Origin: Selaginella moellendorffii
Taxonomy: Eukaryota > Plantae > Lycopodiophyta
Assembly: GCF_000143415.4 (NCBI RefSeq)
Contig: NW_003314441.1
Span: forward strand, 71,482-135,481
Reading direction: 5' to 3'
DNA length: 64,000 nt
The notes beneath the pieces are model-generated. The model saw only the letters and a list, made by a program, of their open reading frames with translations, had not been told where the DNA came from and ran no database searches. Position numbers and translations under genes: made by a program. This document shows, piece after piece, positions 36,583 through 47,470 of this stretch; within the stretch, counting starts at the first letter, position 1; each line of letters begins with the position of its first letter.

Positions 36583-38902
36583 ATGAAGTGGGTGCGATCG
36601 GCCGAGGGCGACTTCAAGGGCGCGGCGCCATCGCCTCGCAGGTACTTGAATTGCTGCGTTTTCTTAGACGATGCAAGTGAATCATTCGCCTACAGCGGTC
36701 ACACCACGACTCGCATCCGCAAGACTCACGTCGTCGTCTTTGGAGGGCTCGTGGACAAGAAGTTTTTGCAGGATTTGACTGTTCTAGACACTGGTATAGC
36801 CGCATTTTCTGTGAATTCTTTCCACTTCTGGGCTCGATGATTTTTACTTGCATGTAGAGAACAATGTGTGGTTTCAGCCCGAGTGCTCTGGAAGTGGCAG
36901 CGATGGAGTGGCGGGGCCTTGCCCTCGAGCCTTTCACGTTGCCATTGCCATGGACTGTAACTTGTTTGTCTTTGGAGGTCGATGTGGTCGCAAGAGGTAC
37001 ATACTGATCTTTTCTTCGTGGTTTAAGCTCGTGATTTTGTTTGTAGACTTGGAGATTTTTGGGTGCTAGACACTGGTGAGTCTGTCTAATTCGGATGCCG
37101 ATTGTAAAAGCTTGTCGCAGATACATGGCAGTGGTCCGAGCTCACTGGTTTTGGCGAACTTCCCTGCGCTCGGGACTTTGCTGCCGGGGCGTCTGTGGGG
37201 AATGGAAAGATTGTCATGTGAGTGTGTTCACGGGAATCTCTTTTGCTACGTTTACCACTCATCTTCTTGAGCAGATATGGCGGATGGGATGGCTCGAAAT
37301 GGCTCTCAGATGTTTTTGTGCTCGACACCAGTAAGTTCCAACTTCACAAACATCTAGACTGATCATCATTCTCATTTCAGTGTCTCTGGAATGGAGGCAG
37401 CTACCAGTAGTCGGTCCTTCACCTCCTCCTAGATGTGGTCACACGGCTACGATGGTCGAGAAACGGCTGCTCGTTTTCGGTGGAAGAGGTACGTACGACG
37501 CACAGGAGGTGCGATTCGAGGACCAGACATGCTTACCATGTTTCCTGCAGGTGGTGGAGGCCCTGTTCTTGGTGACCTCTGGGCCCTGAAAGGGCTGTTT
37601 GACGAAGGTGACTAGAGCTAGTTTTGCGTTTGATGACTTGTATCCTGATTACTAATGGGACTAGGGAAGAGAGAGAGCCCGCGGCGTGGACTCTTCTCAA
37701 GCTTCCGGGCTCGGCTCCAGCTCCTCGCTGTGGACACACGACGACAAGTGGAGGCCCGCAGGTGAGTGACACTATTCTCCATTTTGTTTTCTTTTTCTAA
37801 GCATTCTATAAGTTGCTTGTCTGTGTTGTAGTTATTGGTTTTTGGAGGTCATGGGACAGCTGGGTGGCTAACCCGTTATGATATCTACCATAACGATTGT
37901 ATCGTTCTTGACCGAGGTAGCTTGTTTTCTTGTGCACAAGTCGTCCGTGCCTTTATGCCATTGTGTGTGTAGCCTCTGTTCAATGGAAGCGTCTCTCCGT
38001 GACCAATGAACCGCCTCCGGCTCGGGCATACCACTCGTTAACGCAGATCGGCTCCCGCTTCCTCCTCTTCGGTGGCTTTGACGGGAAATCGACGTTTGGA
38101 GATACTTGGTGGCTTGTGCTTGAAGGTCAATTGTCACTGTCGATTATGTGTGGACGCCTCGTGACACAGTGGTCTTGCAGATGATCCCATTTCCAACCGT
38201 GTCTCGTCGCCCTTGGTTGCTACTTTGCCAGATGTAGGCAGTGACAATAACGTATGTGTTGGCAACCATGTAGTCGGTTGATTATCTTCCACTTGTTTTT
38301 GCAGGCTAGAGACGAGGAACAACTGGTATCGCCATTCAACATACTGAGAAGTCGCATAGGCCTTCCTCCTGCAAAACCAGCCGTGCATGAATCCATCAAG
38401 ACTGAAGGTGCTTTGAATGACTTGGCCCAAGCCATAGATCCTCATGGCCGAAGCACGCTAGAGGTAAGAAAACACATGCTTCTTGTCGCTGCTCACAGTG
38501 TCGAATATTTTTCAGTCCTTGCGCGAGCACTGGAGAAACTGTGACGCCCGTTCGATTCGTTTCAAAGAGCTGGATATCCTCTTGAGAGATTACCAATGGT
38601 TGATTGCCACCGAGGAAAAGTATGCCGCCAAAACTCCTCTCGCTTTTTTCTATCGTCCGGGCTTTAAACTTTATCTTTCTTTATGAAACACAGGGAAGGG
38701 AAAAGATCGGGAGGTGTAGAAAAAATCAAGGTGCACCGCTTTTATCATCTCCAAACATCAAACCAGGTATCGACGCCTGTGATTTTTGCAAAATTCTTGA
38801 ATCCTTGAACTCACCTTAGAATGGATAAATTTCCAGGTGAGAATTGACGACATTGGCCCGCTCTTGATGGAGTACAAGCAGCTCCTTGACACCCGTGTTT
38901 GA
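36583..38902 (+). CDS. GPA3: Kelch-repeat protein, GLUTELIN PRECURSOR ACCUMULATION 3-like (multi-exon, very short introns)
   Basis: Spliced product MKWVRS...PRSGHT...[13 protein letters not shown]...[20 protein letters not shown]...[18 protein letters not shown]...[22 protein letters not shown]...RAYHSLT...[17 protein letters not shown] introns, the first at 36642-36695. The last exon, 38837-38902, ends in TGA. Confidence 0.88.
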
Positions 38903-39428
38903 AGGTGTAAGGAAAAGAAAAAATAAAACTCTTTTTTATATATCGAGCTACTTAACACACGCTTTTTTCTTTGTAGTTGGACTTTTCCTTGAGAAATTGG
39001 TAGACGAAGCTTTGTTCTCGGCGAGAAAATCTGATCAAAGGGAATATGGTGTTTTAGGGAATCGAGCTCCCGACGTATTTACCACCCGGGAAAAAAGACG
39101 GGTTTTCATATGAGTGGTGGTCCCTTGCGCTTGTCCGGAAAAATGTTGCAACTCGCCAAGTCCCCTCCAATTGGTAAAAGAGTTCTTTAAAGACATACGA
39201 AATTGGGCCATATGGCGCTCGTCTCATCGACTGGGTGGAAGAGTACGGTAGGGGACTGTGGATGAAGATAGATGGGAAGGGGTGGAGGGGAATGTGGCGC
39301 TTTCTAGATACTCAAGCCGATTCGCTCGATTGCTAGCAGAGGGTGGGATTCCGTGGGCGCTATGGAGTAAGCTGGCCATCTCCAAGGATCTGGTGTGTAG
39401 CGCCGTGTTCCAGGCGAGGTTCTGTGCT

Positions 39429-39540
39429 AGGGGTGAGATTTGAGTGTTGATTCGCGATGTCCAGGAGTTCTGTGGTGTAGGTCTGCCAGGGGTGAGATTT
39501 GAGTGTTGATTCGCGATGTCCAGGAGTTGTGTGGTGTAGG
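39429..39540 (+). repeat. 59-bp tandem duplication just upstream of the F-box ATG
   Basis: AGGGGTGAGATTTGAGTGTTGATTCGCGATGTCCAGGAGTT(C/G)TGTGGTGTAGG at 39429 and 39488. Confidence 0.9.
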
Positions 39541-39583
39541 AAGCCGAGATTTGGAGGCATAGGGGTTTTTTGACCGGGGAGAG

Positions 39584-42027
39584 ATGGTTGAATCCACCAG
39601 GAGGCGGGTGCCTGACGATTCCAGGGGCCTGCTGTGCTGCATCGACGACGTCCTGGAGAAGATCTTTGGCTACATCAAGAAGCCCGTGGAGAGAAATGCT
39701 ATCTCGGCTGTGTGCAAGCGGTTTCACGAGCTGGAAGCTCGGACGAGGCATCATGTCCTGGTCTACAACATGTACGCTGTCAACCCCATGAAGCTGTTCG
39801 AGCGATTTCCCAGCGTGAGATCGATTACCATCAAAGGGAATCCTCGGCTCGTGGATTTCGACATACTCCCCAGGGATTGGGCCGGCCACGCAGGACCTTG
39901 GATTGCAGCTATCAAAGCTCATCCCCAGCTTAACCGCTTCCGGATCAAGAGGATGACGATCACCGACTCTCAGATCGAGGAGCTCTGTGCTGCCTGTGGT
40001 CCCAACCTCAAGATCATGCAGTTTGACAAGTGCTCCGGCTTTAGCACCCAGGGTCTCCAAGCACTCGCCAAGTTTTGCAAGTAAGTTGTCGCTTTTGGTT
40101 TCCTACTCTTCCTCTCTTCCTTTGTGTTTCTTAGAGCTCATTCCAAGTTCTGATTTTTTTTCTTTCTTTTTCTAGGAATCTTACCCACTTGGGACTTGCA
40201 CAGTCGATGATTGATAGCACTAGTGATACCAAATGGCTCAAGGACCTGGTAAACTCGTGTCCCGCTCTCGAATACCTGGACTTGTCACTTATAGAGATGG
40301 GCGACGTGGATGAAGCGGTGCTGGTGAAGTTGGCCGAGCGTTGCAAGCTGCTTAAGCTGTGGGAGTCCGAGACTCAAAACTCCGAGCGGTTTTTGCCTGT
40401 GCTGCAAAAGTGCTCTTCCAACTTAAGTGACCTTGGGATCGAGCGGATCAACAGCAACTCCGAGACGTCGTTACTGGCGAAGTGTACTGCACTGGAGGGG
40501 CTGTCCGGCATCTTCGATCTAGTGGACGATGGAATGCACGCTTTTATGTCGGTCAGTTCTCGTTTGACGAGGCTCGACCTTTCTTACTCCAACCTTACCG
40601 AGGTGGAGATAGCGGAGGTGCTTCGAGCCTGTCCTAACCTGCAGTATCTTCGGGTAAGTGTTTCAACTTTCCAGGTCCAGGTCTCATTGATCACCTCCAT
40701 GTTCCTTTCATGTTTCCAGGTGTTAGACTTGGCTGGAGACCACGGGTTGCAAGCGCTGGGGAACTCTTGCAAAGACTTACACAGGCTTGTCGTTGAGAGT
40801 CCTTCTGCAATTGACGGTGGGGTGGTGACACACGCCGGCCTTATGGCTGTTGCACAAGGCTGTAGAAACCTGCAGAAGCTCATTTTCTATCCATCTTTCA
40901 TCACCAACGAAGCGTTTTATGCGCTCGCTTACAACTGCCCGAACTTGATGGACGTGCGAATATGTCTCATCCAGTCAAGTAGCACTGGCGAGAACGTAAG
41001 TTACTAGTGTGTTTGGAAGCTCTTACATTGATATTTCTCGCAGATGCCATGGGAGTGCCTGGACGAAGGGGTGACCGCACTCGTCCGGGAATGCAGATCG
41101 CTCTACCGATTGACGCTCTGCTTCGACGTCCAGGCGGATGTTGAGTTCCTCACCGACGCGGGCGTGGCTGCAATTGGCGAATATGGAAAGAAGATCAGGG
41201 TGCTGACCCTTGTCCACTGTGGCAGCAGCGACATGGGATTGGTACCAGTTCTTCGCGGCTGCAACAAACTTCAGAGGCTTGAAATCCGGAAGTGCCGTTT
41301 CGGTGATGAAAGTGAGTGGTAACTATGTGGGGACGCGAAACTAACACTGGTTTCTTACGCAGGCATGCAAGAAATCGCTTTGAACAGCGAGCTGCATCTC
41401 AAGCACTTGTTCGTCCAAGGGTGTGAAGTGACGATAGATGGGCTCAGCAGCCTGGCTTACCGGGCCAAGCACACAAACTCGAGGTTCTACGTGGAAGTGA
41501 TTGGCTGTAAAGACGGGCGGTGCCTGGAGGAGCACAGGTACTCGTGCACGGACGAGTCTTGCGAGAACCACCACGCCTTCTCGCTCAGCTGCTCCCACTG
41601 GCAGATCCTGGCATACCATTCACTCACAGAGCCCCGCGACGACACTCCATGGTTTATCCACCGCTTCGACTCGATTCTCTCCGAGGCTTCTTCGCTGCCT
41701 TTCACAAGAGCTGAACCAGGAGGCGCTCTTCAGCTCATGCCAGAGAGCAGTAGCGGTGGGATTGATCTTGATCTGAGCACCGGCGGGATCGATCTAAACG
41801 AAGACTCGTCGGAGCCGCTCCAGCTGATGCCGGAGAGCAGTGGCAGTGGCGGCGGTGGTGGCAGTGGTGGGATTGATTTGAACGAGCCAGCGGAGGAGAG
41901 TTGCTCGTCATTCCCAGGATTTGAGAGGAAGGAAGTCTTCCACTTTCCCGACATTCTGGAGCGCGTAGCGGCAGAGCCAACGTTGCACTTGGGAGCTCCA
42001 TTGGTGCTCCAGGCCTCCTTACTGTGA
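39584..42027 (+). CDS. TIR1/AFB/COI1-family F-box LRR protein, divergent, ~727 aa; exons 39584-40080, 40176-40653, 40720-40995, 41044-41311, 41363-42027
   Basis: F-box IDDVLEKIFGY...RNAISAVCKRF, followed by RFPSVRSITIKGNPRLVDFDILPRDWAG, CSGFSTQGL, CPNLQYLRVLD, VTHAGLMAVAQGC, GCNKLQRLEIRKCRFGD and ILAYHSLTEPRDDTP. All four introns are GT-AG and preserve frame. Confidence 0.92.
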
Positions 42028-42111
42028 TTTTCTCTCGCGAGACCATGTATTTCTATTTGTGTTTGAAAGAAAGGAAGTTCCTAGCTTATCAAGAGCCCTA
42101 GCTAGTTCGCT

Positions 42112-44164
42112 ATGGAGCTCTATTATGCGTCCTGCGCGGCGGGGATCGAGAGAGTGCTCGTCTCGGAGGTAATCTTTTTCCTCTTTCATCGATCCATTCA
42201 TCCCAAATCGCGACCACTCCAGGTTGAAAGGCTACCAGGGACGAGAATCGAAGAGGCTACAGTGAGCTTTTATGGAGGCATTCTTTTCCAAACTGAATCG
42301 TCGCCAGAGGTCGAAGAGAATTCTTTCTCGTGATTGGCTGACATTGTTGAGTGAATGGTAGGATGTTTTCAAGCTTAGAGCGGCAGACAATGTGTACGCT
42401 TATCTCGGACACTTCAAGGTGTGTGTGTGATTTCGTAAGTTTCAATAGAGAAAAAGAAGAGGTATAATTGACATGAACTTGTTTGAAAGGATGTTCCTGT
42501 GGACAAGGATGGCGCTCTTTCTTACTTGAAAAGCTTGGCTTCCAAGGTAATGTAACTCAAATCACTCAGAGCTCACTGCGTTTTGCAGATTTCATGGGAG
42601 CCGGCTTTGCTGCTCTTTCGAAAGTGGCAGGCGATGCAAGACAGGGTGCTACAATCACCGCTTACGTTTCGAGTAACCTGTGAACGGAAGTGCCTCAAGA
42701 TGAAGAAACACCCATTCTCGTCGGTGGATGTTGCAGGTATGTTCGTTTTCATCAAAATGACAAGAAACGCAGTGCGGCTTTCACTTAATCGCAGCTGCGC
42801 TGGGAGAAAGTGTTTATAATCTCCATAACTGGCCGGCGGACATGAGGTGCTATAACGGTTTGTGTGGATGCCTGGTTTTGCCTCGTCTTCAAGTACATTG
42901 TTTGCAGTGGAAGTGTTTGCATGGCTGAGAGATTCCGAGCTTCTTGTAGCGATTGGACTTCTCTACGGGTAAGAGATAAACGTTTTTGTTGTTTTATTCT
43001 ACCTGGTTCGTCTTCTTCTTTCGCTCTATAGTAAACCAACCGAGCAAGTTGTCGATGGCAGGAAAGCTCCTAGGCCCAGTCGTTCAGATTCTCAGGTCAG
43101 CAATCACGTTTTTTCCTAGCATCTAGTGTCCAATTCTGATTTGGTGATCTCGTTTAGCTCTACTCAAAAAGGCTCTACAGAAAGGCGCTGGTTCCAACGT
43201 CCTTGAGGCCTAGGTGTGTGTGGCGAGCTTTTGCCGAGATTTATACTGCTTGAGCCGCAATTGTGACAGTTTTTACCGCAGTGTGGCGTATGCTCTTGTG
43301 CAACTTGGACACATCAAATGCGGAGACGTCGTTCTGGACCCCATGTACGTGAATTATATATTGTGATTGTTTTCTATTCTACGGTGGTGTGCTCCCTAGG
43401 TGTGGATGTGGAACCATACCTCTAGAAGCGGCGGACTGCTTTCGTGGACAACTTTTGTGCTTGGGTGGGGACATTTCTCCGTGCGCTGTGGCTGCAGCTG
43501 GAGAAAATGCTCGAGGTATTCTTGAGCTCAACTGGTTTGTTGCTTTTCTTCTTATTACAGGAAGTGACGCATGCGATATACTTCAGTGGAATGCTACCTT
43601 CATGCCTGTGCGATCCGGATGTGTGGACTGGGTCATCTGTGACATGCCCTTTGGTGTTCGCTGTGGTAAGAGGTCTCACACTTCACGCATGGCTGTGTTT
43701 GATTCTGTGTTTTGTATTAGGAAGTACACAGGCTCGCGATTGGCTTTGTCCAAAAGTTACTCTGGAGGTAATTTACTTTGTATTTTCTTTCTCCTTGTTT
43801 GATGTGTGGAAAAACTTTGTTTTGCTTTAGATTGCACGCGTATTAAGACAAGAGACTGGTGAGTCGGCATAATTTATTTACGCCTTTCAGATCGGGAGTT
43901 CCCTGTGCCGCAGGTGTTGCTGTTCTTATGTCGCAAGGCAAAGCAATGAAGCAGGAAATGGAGAACACAACATACTTGAAGCTTTTGCAGCAATACGAGG
44001 CTGACATGGAGGTGAGCTTCTACTTGTAGCAACGAATTTATCACATGTTGTGAATGCAGGGAATTCTGGTGGAAATATACATAGCACAACGAACATCACA
44101 ACCGATCCAATCTCTAGTAAGACTGCATTTTGTTTTAGAGAATTATCTATATCTTGTAGTTTGA
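42112..44164 (+). CDS. THUMP-domain / UPF0020 RNA guanine-N2 methyltransferase (THUMPD2/3-Trm14-like), multi-exon
   Basis: Exons give MELYYASCAAGIERVL, TFRVTCER...FSSVDVA, TSLRPSVAYAL, VVLDPMCGCGTIPLEAA (SAM-binding) and VDWVICDMPFG. The 3' end is approximate. Confidence 0.82.
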
Positions 44165-44256
44165 CAGGAAAAAGTTAGTCAAAAGGCACCGTGCAAATTG
44201 AAAGAAATAAAACTACTTTGCTCATGGCCCTTTAGGTTTGAAGGTGGGTTTTATAT

Positions 44257-44936
44257 TTATAAACTTTCATTTGATTAATAAGATCAATAAATAAAACTAA
44301 TACTACTATTAAGCAAATTAAATATTGCTTCATGCAACACACAAAAAATTATTATTTTAATAGAGGAAATTACATAAGAGAAAGCTAAAGACTCAACTGA
44401 AAATCTTGCTATTGGTGCACTCTACACAGTGAAATTGCATGGCAGAGTGTCTGCAAAAGGAAAACATTCATTCATTTATTCATCTGTTTTTTACATGGAC
44501 CAATGGATTATGGTATGCAGTATGGAGAAGTTGTTGTTGTTTGCTATGAGAAGGGTGGATTATTATGCAGCTTGGAGAATTGTTGCTGCCATTTGCTGGT
44601 AGATGTCCACTGTAGTGTTGAGGGATATTGGCTTTTGCTTCATAGAAAAATTTCCTACAAAGTTTATAGGCACTATTGTTTTCACAACCTCCAACTTGAG
44701 CTGACAGCCTTTAGGCACCTAATAACATTATTAGTGAGTGAAAGCTTTAAAACATCTAAACTATGGACTAGCATAGTATTGTGAAGCACTTCAACAATAT
44801 CTCCATTAAATCTAACCTGACACAACACACTTTGCTTATTGATTAATCCTACATGTTGCATGTAGCAATGCTTGATTTGCTTAATAGTAGTGTGATCTCT
44901 ACTTATTAATCCAATTGATCAAATAAAAGTTTATAA
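44257..44936. mobile_element. Non-coding TIR element (MITE/foldback-like, ~680 bp)
   Basis: Imperfect ~85-bp inverted repeats at 44257-44340 and 44853-44936, e.g. TATAAACTTTCATTTGAT / ATCAAATAAAAGTTTATA and ACTACTATTAAGCAAAT / ATTTGCTTAATAGTAGT. Confidence 0.65.
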
Positions 44937-45899
44937 TTACAAGCATGTTTGTAATTTATAAACACAAGATTAATCTTATTACATTAGATGGTAGAATAAA
45001 ATAGAAATATAAAATATACTAGAAAGTGTTTAAGAAATTTTATAAATTATAAATACAAAATTAATCTAAATGAATAAAAACTATTAGATGGTAAAATATC
45101 CTAGAATGTCCAAGCATATTCTAGATATATCCACTACCATCCTAATCCCCTTACAAATTTGCTTAAGTAAACTAAAAAGGAGAAAATATCACTTTTTAAG
45201 GAAAACCACTTAAAAAGAATGCTTCAATCCCTTGTTCTGTCTTGGTTATCCAATAAGTCCAGATATAGATGAAAGCAAGATTTAACTATCTCAAATAACA
45301 ATTTATAAAACTTTTTTTGTTGTCTCACAAAAAAAAGTGATAGTATTTTAGTACACTGAAAAATTTGTTAACTAAATTTAGTTATCAGTTAGAATTTTTT
45401 TATTGATGTGCATATTTGTTCATATTCCATTTAAAATGATAAATTAATAATTTAGATTAAAATTGTGAATTATATGTTTCAAAAGTATAACATTTTTTTT
45501 TCACATTATGAAAGCCATAAAATTTATTAACAATTAATTTATTATTTCTTACTTTAATAAAAATCTATTAATAGTTAAATGCATTTTTAAATATAATGAG
45601 TGTCTCTAAACCAATTCCAGCCCAACTGATTACATTGTTGAAGACTCATCTTGTAGCGATGGCAGAGTGGAAGGCGATTGTATGGCTTGCTTCAGATACT
45701 CTGTAGCATAATAAAATATACTGGCAAGGTCGCAGGTTCGATTTCAGCAGCCAGAGAACCCTTTTTCATAAACGGGACAAAGGTCTTCTGGAGCCAGCAG
45801 TTTGGTGTTTTCTCGCCATCAATTCAAATATGTAGAAACAGAGGAGCTCTCGAGAAGAATTATCTTTCTCGTGTGTGATGTGTGCAGTTCGTCGGCTTG

Positions 45900-47470
45900 C
45901 TTGGACAATTATAATGGTCTAAATAATCCTCAGAATTTGTGCACTGCTCCCACATTTCGTTCTTATTGTATTCTACTCGATTGTTTTCTATATTTTCTTT
46001 GTTCTCGTGGAAGGTCTTTTCCTCATTGTTTTAGGAGTTTTTTTCTTCTCTTCTAGCTTTGCTTGCGGCTCCAAAATGCTTCCGCTTCACCGACTACGTC
46101 AGCACTGGGAAGGGACAAACGTGGAGTAGTGGTTATCGAACCAGCGAAGCAATTCCATTCGTTTCGTATGAGGTTGCGGATCACATTGCACTTCACAAGA
46201 TTCCGTCATTCTCTGCGGCCAGCACGCTTTCATTGTCTCGTGGAGACATGTGTGGTCTGTGGTTATTTGAATTTTTGTGCGTAACATAGCAAAACTTTTC
46301 TTCAGGACCTCGAGTGTCCACTGTTGGCTGGCGTGATCCCGTCCAAATTCATACTGGATCAATGAAGGATTTATTGCTCAACACAAGGTAAATCACTATC
46401 TCCAATGTCATGTTTATTTATTTGACTTCTGCAATAGCTATCGCGTTGGTCATAAGTTATCAGATAACTCGGTCGTGATGAGTCCGATTAAATATTTTAA
46501 ATCTCCTCCAATTCCTGGCGAAGACTGGTTGTCATCTTTGGAGATCTGGCAAAGGCGGCTATATATTCTCTCTCTTTCTCTCTCTCTTCTAACGGATCAC
46601 ACAGAGCGAAAGAGATGGATCAATGATGTACGATGATTTCAGTTTGGCTCACTGAACACAGCCGACACGATCACAAAAGAAATAGACGACATTGACATTA
46701 TTTTCCACATTGGAGACTTATATTATGCAACGGGGTATATTTCTCAATGGGATCAGTTCACGGAACAGATTGAAGGAATGACTTCACGTGTCCCTTATAT
46801 GACGGCCAGGTATACTATACACAGGAAAAAAGGATAAAATTTTGAAGTGCATATCATTAACGGGATTGGCCTACTCGGTTTATAACACAATGGACTCCGG
46901 AAGTGATGGGTGCTTTCATCAACTGTCCTGTCAAGAACAGCGTAAAGTTCCGTAGGGAACGAATAGTCATAGGAAAAGTTCTAGTAGGTCTAAGAAGCAT
47001 TTTCTTTTGCAGGTATTCGACGGATTACGGGCTTTTCCACTTCTGCATTGCCGACTCGGAGCACGACTGGCACGAAAAAAGCGGGCAGTACAAGTGGATC
47101 GAGGAATACCTCCCTAGCGCGGACAGGGAAAAGCAGCCATGGTTGATATTCATCGCTCACCGCGTCCTTGGCTACTCTACGTGGTACTTAGCAAGAATGC
47201 AACTGCGGAGCCATTTAGGAGGGAAAGCCTGCAGTTTGTGGCAAAAGTACAAGGTGGACATCGCCTTTTGCCACGTCCACAACTACGAGCGATCCTGTCC
47301 GGTTTATGGGAAACTCAATGAGACGATTCACGTAGTCACGGGGCTTCGCTCACGCCATTCCTGTCGCCAATGCCGGCTTGGAGCGTGAAGCGTGACTATG
47401 ACTACGGTTACTCGAAGATGACGTGCTGCTACGATAGGGAATTCAAAGACGTGCTCGGCTGCGGCGCTGC
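45900..47470 (+). pseudogene. Purple acid phosphatase / nucleotide pyrophosphatase-phosphodiesterase (PAP1/24/27-type) pseudogene
   Basis: Recognisable blocks: RGDMCG, VGWRDP, IFHIGDLYYATGYISQWDQFTEQIE, YSTDYGLFHFCIADSEHDW, QPWLIFIAHRVLGYS, WQKYKVDIAF-HVHNYERSCP. Several frameshifts and deletions. Boundaries are approximate. Confidence 0.85.

Noticed and set aside
39224-40060. 278-aa antisense ORF over F-box exon 1, and the overlapping ORFs on the PPR and GeBP-like genes
   Set aside because: These are shadow frames of GC-rich coding sequence with no recognisable domain.
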